From an uncultured Thermoplasmata archaeon (GTDB lineage Archaea; Thermoplasmatota; Thermoplasmata; Lutacidiplasmatales; UBA184), in the NCBI GenBank assembly GCA_963842165.1, contig CAWJFK010000005.1, positions 326,070 to 390,069 on the forward strand: a stretch of 64,000 bases of DNA, written 5' to 3'. Every line of letters starts with the position of its first letter. Within the stretch, counting starts at the first letter, position 1. Of the stretch, positions 51,402 through 59,666 are shown in pieces. A program made the translations under genes and the position numbers. The notes under the pieces were generated by a model. The model ran no database searches and was not told where the DNA came from. It saw only the letters and a program-made list of their open reading frames with translations.

Positions 51402-52472
51402 GTGCCGACCGGGTCCTACGAGCGCTACGGTCTCACCAGCAACCCGTTCCGGGATCTGGCGAGCGAGAGCCTCGAGGACGTGAGCCTCTACCACGTCAAC
51501 CAGGAAGTGGACGAGACCCTTCGGACGATCAAGGACGAAGTCTACGACAAAGAGAACCGGGCCGTCGTGGCCATCGTCGGCCCTCACGGGGCCGGAAAGA
51601 CCGAACGGCTCCTGGTCACCGCGGCGGAGGCCAAAGAGCATGGCGCGTTCGCGGTGTACTACGACGTGCCCGCCAAGACGGCCAAGGTCCTCCGGGGCGT
51701 GGCCACCCAGTTCCAGGCGGCGGCCGCCGCCCGGACCAAGGGTAAGCTGTTCGCTTCCCAACCCCCTTGGGTCAAGGCGATGGCGTCGCTCGCCAAGATC
51801 GGCGACGAGAAGTACGACCCCAAGGACGCCGGCAGAATCGTCGGACAAGCGCTCAACGGCACCGCCCCCTCCTTCCTGCTGCTAAACGACCTGAACAACC
51901 TCATCGCGTCGAAGGAGGTCGACGCGTTCGCGAAGGTGATCCAGGAGATCACCGACACGATCAAGCCCGGCGTCCTCCTCATGTTCACCTGCTATCCGAG
52001 CTATCTCGCGTGGCTCACCGTCAACCATCCGGCCCTCTCCTCTCGCATCAACCGCTCGCTCACGTTGGCCGGGTTCAGCGACGAGGAGGCCGCCCTCCTC
52101 CTCGCGAAGAAGCTCTTGGTCAAGCGCCTGGTCGAGGACCTCGACCCGATCTACCCGTTCGACCGGGAAGCGATCCACCTGCTCAACCAGGCGGCCTTGT
52201 CGAACCCGCGACGACTGCTCGAATTGGCCGACCTCGCCGTCGAGTATGGCGCTGCTCACCGGTCCTATCGGGTGGACGCGGAGGTCGCGAACGCGGTGAT
52301 CGGCCAACGAGCCGCGAGCGTGGCCGCGAACACCGCATCGGCCAAGGCGAGCGCCGGGATCGGTCCCCCCCGCGGCCCCCGCCCTGCGGACGAAGGCGAT
52401 GGGCGCGCCGGCAGCCCCAGACACGAAGGGTGGCTGGGCCGAGAGCTAGCACCTACGCCGGCGCGGGCGTGA
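51402..52472 (+). CDS. AAA+/P-loop ATPase, ExeA(GspA)/AAA_22-like
   Basis: N-terminal 'YGLTSNPF' motif and Walker A 'IVGPHGAGKTE'. 356 aa, GTG start, with a disordered Gly/Pro/Arg-rich tail. Confidence 0.6.
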   Translation: MPTGSYERYGLTSNPFRDLASESLEDVSLYHVNQEVDETLRTIKDEVYDKENRAVVAIVGPHGAGKTERLLVTAAEAKEHGAFAVYYDVPAKTAKVLRGVATQFQAAAAARTKGKLFASQPPWVKAMASLAKIGDEKYDPKDAGRIVGQALNGTAPSFLLLNDLNNLIASKEVDAFAKVIQEITDTIKPGVLLMFTCYPSYLAWLTVNHPALSSRINRSLTLAGFSDEEAALLLAKKLLVKRLVEDLDPIYPFDREAIHLLNQAALSNPRRLLELADLAVEYGAAHRSYRVDAEVANAVIGQRAASVAANTASAKASAGIGPPRGPRPADEGDGRAGSPRHEGWLGRELAPTPARA

Positions 52473-53469
52473 GCAGGACCGAGAGGTCGATCGCCTGCTC
52501 GGCGATCTCGGAGGCGTAGCCCGCGGTCCGGCCGAGGCTGTCCACGATCGTGCCCAGGGCCAGGAGTTCCTCACCCCGCTTGGTCGACACCCGGTGCGAG
52601 AGGGAATCGATCAGCTTCTTGTGCTCGCCTTCCGCGTCGATCGCCTGATTCGCGGCGTCGATGTCCCGCGTGATGAGGGCCGTGAACGCTCGATCGAGGA
52701 GGTTGACCGCCGACGCGCGCGCTTCGTCGATCTCCTTCGCGAGCTTGGGGTCGAGCGGCTTTCCGCCGCTCAGTGCTGGGTAGGTCGCGGCGATGCGTTT
52801 CGCGTGGTCGCCGATGCGCTCGATGAGCTTCGCGATGAGCCGGTGCGCGTGGATCGCCAGCGAGTTTCCTCCGTTGCCCTGCGGCTGGGGGGAGGAATGC
52901 GCGAGGTGGTACTGCTTCGAGATCATCCAGAAGAGCCGGCTGACGTCCTGGCTGCGGAGCGCGACATCGTTGGCGAGGCTCTCGTTCCCCGTTTCGATCG
53001 CGGTCACGGCGTCCTCCAGCATCGCGCGCACGGTGAGGTGCATCCGACGCAGACACTTGTCCGAACTCAGCTCCGACGGGTCGGAGAGGTCCTGGATCAC
53101 GATGGAGTTCTTCGCCTCTTCGATCACCTCCGGTCCGATCACGAGCCGACAGAATTCCCGGGAGACCCGACGGACGAAGGGCGCGCGGTCCGGCGAGAAC
53201 CGGATCTCGATGAGGCCGAATCCGGAGGTGTAGGCGCCGATGAGCTTGCGCAGGAGATGGTCCCGCTCCTCCTCGCCTCGCTCCTGGAAGAGCATCCGCC
53301 GGTCGGCGGGCTTCTCCCCCGCCCGAGGCCGCACCGAAACCGAGCCGTCCGTCTCGGTTTCGACGAAGAGCGTGTCCCCGGCCTTGAGGCCAGCGTGGAT
53401 CACCCAACGTTTCGGCAGGGAGACAAGATAGGTCGACTTGCCGGCGAGCTGGAGTTTCCGTCCCTCCAT
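52453..53469 (-). CDS. phoU: AbrB/SpoVT-domain plus PhoU-domain phosphate-uptake regulator (archaeal type)
   Basis: Intact 338-aa ORF. It has an N-terminal swapped-hairpin 'KSTYLVSLPKRWVIHAGLKAGDTLFVETETDGSVSV' and two PhoU repeats ('IERIGDHAKRIA', 'LGRTAGYASEIAEQA'). Confidence 0.85.
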   Translation of the reverse strand: MEGRKLQLAGKSTYLVSLPKRWVIHAGLKAGDTLFVETETDGSVSVRPRAGEKPADRRMLFQERGEEERDHLLRKLIGAYTSGFGLIEIRFSPDRAPFVRRVSREFCRLVIGPEVIEEAKNSIVIQDLSDPSELSSDKCLRRMHLTVRAMLEDAVTAIETGNESLANDVALRSQDVSRLFWMISKQYHLAHSSPQPQGNGGNSLAIHAHRLIAKLIERIGDHAKRIAATYPALSGGKPLDPKLAKEIDEARASAVNLLDRAFTALITRDIDAANQAIDAEGEHKKLIDSLSHRVSTKRGEELLALGTIVDSLGRTAGYASEIAEQAIDLSVLLTPAPA

Positions 53470-53516
53470 GCAACGGCCTTCGACAACTCAGAGCTTGTCG
53501 GCAGATAAGCGAAATA

Positions 53517-53531
53517 TACATAGGCTATGTA
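53517..53531. promoter_or_regulatory. 15-bp perfect palindrome abutting a TATA-like element in the phoU-like / trxR-like divergent region
   Basis: TACATAG-G-CTATGTA. The adjacent 'AAATATA' (53512-53518) reads as TATATTT on the phoU strand, about 45 nt upstream of its ATG. Confidence 0.4.
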
Positions 53532-53611
53532 CAAAGTGGGAGCAAGCCGTACTATTGCGCTCCATAGGGTCGGTGCGGTCCGCGGCGACGCCCATCAAAT
53601 CCTGAGCCGCG

Positions 53612-54619
53612 GTGGACCGGACCGTGCCGGGATTCCCGCGGCTCCGCGAGTCGTACGATGTGGTCGTCGTCGGGGGCGGCCACGCCGGACTCCAGGCGGC
53701 CCTCAAGACCGCCCTGTTTCGGTACCAGGCCGCTCTCATCGACCGGGGTCCGAAGTACAGTCGCTCGTTCTACGCTCCCCTCCTTGAAAACATTCCGGGG
53801 TTCCCGAACGGGGTGTCGGGGCACGCGCTCCTCGACCTTCAGGTCGAGTCGGTCCGGAAGGTCAGCGAGTGGGTGAGCTACTTCAGCCCCGCGACCGCTC
53901 GGACGGTGGAGCGGACCGACGCCGGGTTTGCCGTCCGCTTCGACTGGCTGAAGCAGGACCTCACCGCCCGGGGCCGCGCCGTGGTGCTCGCCATGGGGGT
54001 GGTCGACCGGATCCTCGAGGTCGGAGGGGAGATCAAGACGATCTTTCCGTGGGCCAACCAGGCGCTGGTCGATTTCTGCATCTTTTGCGACGGTCACCTG
54101 ATGGGGGCGAAGTCCATCGCTGTCCTCGGCCACGATGCGTTTGCGGTGCGAACGGCCCTCGACCTACTGCACTTCCAACCGTCGTCGGTCGAGATCCTGA
54201 CGCACGGGAGACCGCTTCTCGCGGGGTCTCCGCCTACCGAGGCTGAGGAGCTGCGAGCCGCGCTCGTCGAGAAGGGAATCACCCACTTCGAATCGGAGAT
54301 CACGGGGTTCGACGAGATCCGGGAGAAACGCTTCGGGGTCCAGTTCGCCGACGGGAGCCACCGGAGCTACGCCAAAGGGTTCAGCGCCCTCGGCTGGTAC
54401 GACATGCACCAGGAGATCCCGCGCTCGCTCGGCTGCCGTTTCGATCCGGAGGGGTATGTGGTCACCGACGAAGACAGCCGCGCGATATCGGACGCCACCG
54501 GCGAGCCGATCCCAGGCCTCTACTGCGTGGGGGACCAGCGGAACGGGTGGAATCAGATCCCCGAGGCGTGGGCGACGGCCGAGCGGGCCATCATCCACGC
54601 GTACGCAGCGTATCTCTAA
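53612..54619 (+). CDS. thioredoxin-reductase-like FAD/NAD(P)-dependent oxidoreductase
   Basis: 'YDVVVVGGGHAGLQAA', 'CIFCDGH' (CxxC in TrxR position), 'IAVLGHDAFA' and 'GLYCVGDQ'. GTG start. Confidence 0.7.
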   Translation: MDRTVPGFPRLRESYDVVVVGGGHAGLQAALKTALFRYQAALIDRGPKYSRSFYAPLLENIPGFPNGVSGHALLDLQVESVRKVSEWVSYFSPATARTVERTDAGFAVRFDWLKQDLTARGRAVVLAMGVVDRILEVGGEIKTIFPWANQALVDFCIFCDGHLMGAKSIAVLGHDAFAVRTALDLLHFQPSSVEILTHGRPLLAGSPPTEAEELRAALVEKGITHFESEITGFDEIREKRFGVQFADGSHRSYAKGFSALGWYDMHQEIPRSLGCRFDPEGYVVTDEDSRAISDATGEPIPGLYCVGDQRNGWNQIPEAWATAERAIIHAYAAYL

Positions 54620-54630
54620 CCGGTACCGGG

Positions 54631-55405
54631 CTACGCGGCCATCGCCGGGTTGGTGACCGACACGCCGAGCTGGCGGGCGAGGTGCGGTAGGTCGGGCGCG
54701 ACGGCGGCCGCGCCTCCGGCCAGGAATCGGGCCTCGCTCTGGGTGGAACCGGCGGCCTCCGAGGGGTCGGGCAGTACCTGCATAGAAACGCACCCGCGCC
54801 GCGACGGCGCATTCCGCGTCGATGAGGTGGTCCCCGACGAAGACGGCGCGGTCGATCGGGACCTCCATCTCCTGAAGGAGCCCGAGCAGCGCCTCGGGGG
54901 AGGGCTTGGAAGGTCCGGAGAAGCTCCGACTCCGCAGGTAGGGGAAGTACTTCGCGAGGCCGGTTCGGTTGAGAGCACCGCGCGCGAACTCCTCCGAGCT
55001 GCGGGTCAGGATCCCGAGGCGGAAGCCGCGCTCGGTCAACCCCTTCAGCAGTGGATCCGCGCCAGGCCGCGCGACCGTGCGCGGGAGCGCCTCCATCTCG
55101 ATCGCGTCGATCGCACGGTGGAACTCCGTCTCGAACCGGTACAGGACCCCGTCGCTCGCACCGGAATTGTGGATCGCTTCGCGCGCCTGTTCCAAGATCC
55201 GGTGGATGGGGTCGTTCACGGAGAGATGGCCCGGGGTCACCCCGGACTTTTCCGCGATACGGATCGCGGTGGCGCGCATTCGGCCGAAATCGTGGTGGGA
55301 GAGGACGAGCGTCCCATCGAGGTCGAAGCCGACTCCGAGGAGAGGTTCGAGGTACTTGGGGTCCGGGTCTCGAGGCGGCATGTAAGCACCGGCGCCACCA
55401 GACAC
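54631..55405 (-). CDS. HAD-superfamily phosphatase (one frame change near 54785)
   Basis: Motif I 'GFDLDGTLV', 'ILTRS' and 'FVGDHLIDAECA'. The C-terminal roughly 50 aa continue in ORF 54631..54978. Confidence 0.65.
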
Positions 55406-55554
55406 GCCGCCGGGCTCCCGTTAAGGGTTTCCATCCAAAGGAACCCCGCCTCCGGCGACATCGTTCCTCGGCCCCGCGGCTTCGGGGCATTCATCGAGGG
55501 AACTATGGAAAAACCGTGGCCAAGATTCAAGCCCCTCTCCGGGGTCGGGACGGT

Positions 55555-56124
55555 GTGACGAACATCTACCTCAATCCCTACTTCCTCGCCGGGGCGGCCC
55601 TCTGGGTGTTCGTGGGCTGCGTGGCCTACTTCTGGCTGGTCTCGTTCCTCTTCGGAGCCGGCTATCAGGGGGCCCCACGGAAGTCGGTCGACACGATGTT
55701 CCGCTTCGCTCGGGTGGCTCCTGAAGACACCTTGTTCGAGCTCGGGGCAGGGGTCGGGGCGATCGCGTTCCCCGCCGCGCGCGAGTACGGTGCCCACGTG
55801 GTGGCCGTCGAGATCGAACCCCTCCGCATCGGGATCATGCGGCTTCGCCGGGCGATGGGTCCGGCCGCGGACCGAATTGAGCTCCTTCGGACCAACATGT
55901 ATGGGATGGACTTCCGGCCCGCGACGGTCGTGACCGCCTTCCTCTGGCCCGGGGCGATGGCCCGGCTCAAACCGAAGTTCGAAAGGGAACTTCGAACGGG
56001 AACACGAGTGGTCAGTCGGTGCCACCCGATCATCGGATGGACCCCGACCCTCTATGACCGGGAGTCCGACGTGTACCTCTACCGATGGCCAGAGGCGCTG
56101 GCCCCCCCACCGCCCCCTGCCTGA
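55555..56124 (+). CDS. membrane-anchored class I SAM-dependent methyltransferase
   Basis: Tail of track ORF 55051..56124, from GTG 55555. N-terminal TM 'LAGAALWVFVGCVAYFWLVSFLF', then 'LFELGAGVGAIAF' (motif I). Confidence 0.6.
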   Translation: MTNIYLNPYFLAGAALWVFVGCVAYFWLVSFLFGAGYQGAPRKSVDTMFRFARVAPEDTLFELGAGVGAIAFPAAREYGAHVVAVEIEPLRIGIMRLRRAMGPAADRIELLRTNMYGMDFRPATVVTAFLWPGAMARLKPKFERELRTGTRVVSRCHPIIGWTPTLYDRESDVYLYRWPEALAPPPPPA

Positions 56125-56196
56125 GGGACCGCCCTGGGGCGACGAGAACCACCTTCGTCGGGCCGAGAATCGGGCTTCGCTCGAGTGCGCGGCGAA

Positions 56197-56691
56197 TCAC
56201 TTCTTCCGAAGCGACGCCTGGATCTCGTCGATCTCCCGCTGGAAGTCGTCGGTGGGCGGCCTCTCGGAGCGCGTTCCCCTCCCCGGGACGGGGTGTTGGT
56301 CTCGGTCGCCACCGAGTTCGGTCACGCCGGCATCGCCACGAGCTCGGGAGACCGGCTTGCCCGTCCGCCCCGCGGGGTACACGGGGGGCACGTCGCCCGC
56401 CAACGCGGCCTGGGTTTCAGCCGCCCACCCGTTCAACGTGCTGAGTTCGAGGCGGGTCGGTCCAGTATAGTCCTTTGAGCCCTTGCGGGAAGTCGGCGGT
56501 GCCGGTGGGATCGGAGTCGGGCGAAGGTCGGGGTCGCGAGTCCCTACGCTGGGCCAGGAGTCGACCGCGCTTCCCCCATCCGGAAGGCCCTCGAGTTCCT
56601 GACGCTCGGGGCCGGCATAGGTTTCAGAACGCGCGCCGCGGAGTGGAGAGCTCGCCATGACAAGGATCGGGAGATGAACAAGAATGCGCAC
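56197..56691 (-). CDS. hypothetical, predicted disordered protein (weak call)
   Basis: 164-aa ORF. Only the C-terminal part ('ERPPTDDFQREIDEIQASLRKK') has convincing GC3-biased codon usage. No family recognised. Confidence 0.25.
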   Translation of the reverse strand: MRILVHLPILVMASSPLRGARSETYAGPERQELEGLPDGGSAVDSWPSVGTRDPDLRPTPIPPAPPTSRKGSKDYTGPTRLELSTLNGWAAETQAALAGDVPPVYPAGRTGKPVSRARGDAGVTELGGDRDQHPVPGRGTRSERPPTDDFQREIDEIQASLRKK

Positions 56692-56876
56692 TCATGCGTA
56701 TTAAACCCGTACGCCGCCGTCTGAACGACGCCCTTGGGACCATGATCCCGTGTCCTGCGGCAACCGGGGGCCCGACCGCACCAACGGACGAAGAGTCCGT
56801 GGGGAGAACGGAGTTTCTGAATTCTCCTTCGACTCCGTGGGTCCCGCTCAAATGCTCCCCTCGGTCTGAATACGCC

Positions 56877-57047
56877 ATGAAACAGATCCACGTCTGGCCG
56901 AACCACATCCGCGTCGCGCACCTCGACCTCGTCCTCTTCCGCCGCTCGGAAGAGCCGCTCGCCCACACGTTGACCCGCCTCACCCGGCTCGGCTTCGACA
57001 CCCAGCCGGGAAACGTGGTGGTGCACGAAGGCGTCTCGGCCATCTGA
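56877..57047 (+). CDS. small hypothetical protein (56 aa)
   Basis: ATG 56877 inside track ORF 56694..57047. Strongly G/C-biased third positions, 'MKQIHVWPNHIRVAHLDLVLF...'. No family recognised. Confidence 0.4.
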   Translation: MKQIHVWPNHIRVAHLDLVLFRRSEEPLAHTLTRLTRLGFDTQPGNVVVHEGVSAI

Positions 57048-57134
57048 CGGGCCGCCTCCGAAAGGACCCACCAGTCTCAAGTGGCCGACAGCCGCCATCC
57101 GAAGATATGTCGGATTCTGGTCCCCTCGGGAGCC

Positions 57135-58692
57135 TTAGCCAGAAGTCGGGGGTCGCTCGAGAGTGACGACCGACTCCCGCAAGAGAAAGCTCCGCCGCTG
57201 GCCGCTCCGGCGCGTCCGGGCGATCTCGACGCCCCGGAGCCGGTACCCGAGGCGCTCGCCCATCCGTGCGAGAATGAGGTCCCCCGGCACGTACGCTCCC
57301 GCCAGGAGGGAATCCCCGACCACGATCACGAACTTCCCGCCCGGGCGTAGGGAACGATAGACCCCGGCCAGGACGGGGTGGAGGTCCGCGAAGTACCGGT
57401 GCACGACGGCGTGCATGTCGTCGCGTCGGTACGAGCCCTTCCGGGCGACGTTGTCCCGAATCCGCGGCAGCAGCTCGTCGAGCCATGGGTCGAACGCCTG
57501 ACCGACCCCGAGGTAGGCGTTCGTTTCGGAACGGGGAAGGTTGTCGCACGCCACTTCGGCCGCTCGAAGCGCGGCCAGGTCTCCGTAGGAGCGAGCGTAC
57601 CCGAGCCAAGCGAGGTCGACCTTGTAGTTCATCACGTAGTCCATCCCGTTGACGTAGGGCGGACTCGTGATCGCGAGGTCGACGGAGTCGGCCGGCCTGG
57701 GCGCGGTCCGCGCGTCACGCTGCTCGATGACCGCCGGTGGTCCCCATCGCTCGCGTTCCGCCCCCATCTCCTCGAGGTCGACCCGCATCTCGGCCAGCGC
57801 GTTCTTGAATCGCACGAAGGGCGGGTCACCTCCCTCCTCGACGGGACCCCGGCGGTAGCCGAGGCACGGGGAGCGATGGAGCCGGCTCGAGGGGATCAGC
57901 ACCCGTCCGAAGGCGACCCGAAGGGCATCGGCCTCGGGGGTCCCCTCCGGCGGCAGAGCGTCCCGGAGCCGGGTCAGGTCGCGGAGCGCTCGGGAAGTGA
58001 ACTGGCGCCGAGTCTCGCGCAAGAACGGTAGGGGGCCGGACGGCGTTCGCTCGGCGCGGGCCACGACCCGCCGCCCGGCCGCTTCGAGCTTCTGTCCATC
58101 GAGCTCGAAATGGGTCTTTACGCGGGCCGCAAGCACGGCCGGAGCGAGGATCTCCGTCCCCCACGCGCGGAACCCGGCACGGCGGGCCTCGACCAGCGTA
58201 GTCACCGCTCCCCGCGAAAGGGTCCAGGACCGTGGCGCCCGGCCGCAACTCCGCCGCCGAGAGCACTCCCGCGACGAACTCGGCCGAGTACCCCTGCACG
58301 TACGGCCACCAGCGATGGACCGGGCGGGCTTCGTTCGAGCGGAACGTGATCGGTCCCGTGTACTCCCCGAGGGAGACCCCGTTCTCCCGCTGGAATCGGT
58401 CGACGAACATCTGAGGGTCGGCGAAATCCGCCCCACCGGTCAGCTCCGTGAAGTCGTGCCAGACCCAAAGGCCCCGGCCCATCCGGGTCACCGTGCCGGC
58501 GGCGGAGAGCCGGTCCAACTCGGTCGCTACGGCCCCGGCGTCTCGCTGGACTCGGTTCGACAGCTGCTTCACCGTGGCCCCGAGGGCCCCGGATTCGCCC
58601 AGCGCGTGCTCGAGGGCGTTCGTGAGGTTCCGATTGGAGGACGGGGCCGCATCGGGGCCCGGGGCTTTGGGGGCGGTCGGCCGGACGCTCAC
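57135..58692 (-). CDS. DNA (N6-adenine or N4-cytosine) methyltransferase with N-terminal winged-helix domain (one frame change near 58200)
   Basis: ORF 57826..58692 gives 'ATVKQLSNRV...LSAAGTVTRMGRGLW' and motif I 'VLDPFAGSG'. After the shift ORF 57135..58436 gives 'TTLVEARRAGF...' and motif IV 'DLAITSPPYVNG'. Confidence 0.7.
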
Positions 58693-59560
58693 GCCGCCGC
58701 TTCCAGGGGCGGCACAATCTCCCGGGGACGGTTGGCCCGGAGTTGCTGGACGATGCGACGGCGCTGACGACGCTGTTCCTCCTCGAGGGATCGCGCCCAG
58801 CGCGTCCCTCGGGCCGGTCGAGCGAGGTTCTCCGCGACCTCGAGGTCATGGAGCCGGCCGAGCCGCCGTTGGAGCGCACGAAGGGGAGCCGGCGGGGGGA
58901 CGGGCTTCACCGGGTCGAGCGTGACCGAGAGGTCGGAGAGGTGACGCCAGTTCCGCATCCGGATCCGGAGGCGGTGGAGCCGCCGGGGGGACGGCTTGCG
59001 GCGAGCCCGGCGGTGCGCATCTCGGACTTCTTCGCGGCCTTCGTCGCGGATCCGGTTGAGGTACCCGTCGAGGTGCTGGACCCGTTCCGCGGGGGGTGGG
59101 CATGAAGTCCGGTGCGGATCCCCTCGAACAGCCCCGCGTCCCGTTCGGCGCGCAGGAACACCCGGAGGAGCTCCCGCCCGACCCGGGCGTCATCACCGAG
59201 CCGCCGTCGGACCTGCGTGAGGCGGGCGCGCTCCCGCGGGCCCCCCGGCAACGATCGGTCCGCGAGGAGGCTCAGCGTGACGTCGCGGTCCCGGACCCCT
59301 CCGACCAAGCGCGCGAGGCGCTTCAGCCGCCGGTCGTACCCCTCGAGCTCGCTCCGCGGGGCTTTTGGGAGGAGCCGGGCCCAGACGGCGATCCCGACCC
59401 GCAGGCGCCGGAGGTCGCGGTGCAGCCGGTGGAGCGCCGAGGCGGCCGGCCGGGGCGCTACGACCAGCCGGTCCAGCTCGTGGAGCGTCAGGTCCAAGCG
59501 GTGCTCGAGCTCCTTCACGAACTCGGTGACGGCGCGCGGTGGGGAGCGTGGACGAGGCAT
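58689..59560 (-). CDS. CHAD-domain protein (one frame change near 59093 in a G6/C6 run)
   Basis: Helical Arg/Leu-rich repeats 'ALHRLHRDLRRLRVGIAVW...YDRRLKRLARLVGGVRDRDV'. After the shift it reads 'RRLHRLRIRMRNWRHLSDL...LQRRLGRLHDLEV', the histidine/arginine pattern typical of CHAD (polyphosphate-binding) domains. Confidence 0.65.
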
Positions 59561-59666
59561 AGAAACTCTGGGAACGACAGCAAACCCAGCGGGGGGAAAA
59601 CCGTTTCCCAGCCGTTTTCCGGCGATTCCGCACTAGTTGTATTAGTAGCTCGGAGCATGCGTAGGC

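Noticed and set aside
43800-52472. Interpretation of the FlaI/FlaJ/FlaH-like genes as an archaellum (motility) operon.
   Set aside because: There is no archaellin-type FlaB/ArlB and no FlaF/FlaG or FlaC/D/E/X. The FlaH-like protein has a degenerate P-loop, and the class III-signal proteins are a PBP-domain protein and a large non-archaellin pilin-like protein.
56125-57134. Possible restriction endonuclease or toxin-antitoxin partner next to the DNA methyltransferase.
   Set aside because: Only a 56-aa ORF and a disordered 164-aa ORF are present. Neither shows nuclease (PD-(D/E)xK, HNH) or toxin motifs that I can recognise. They are left as hypothetical.
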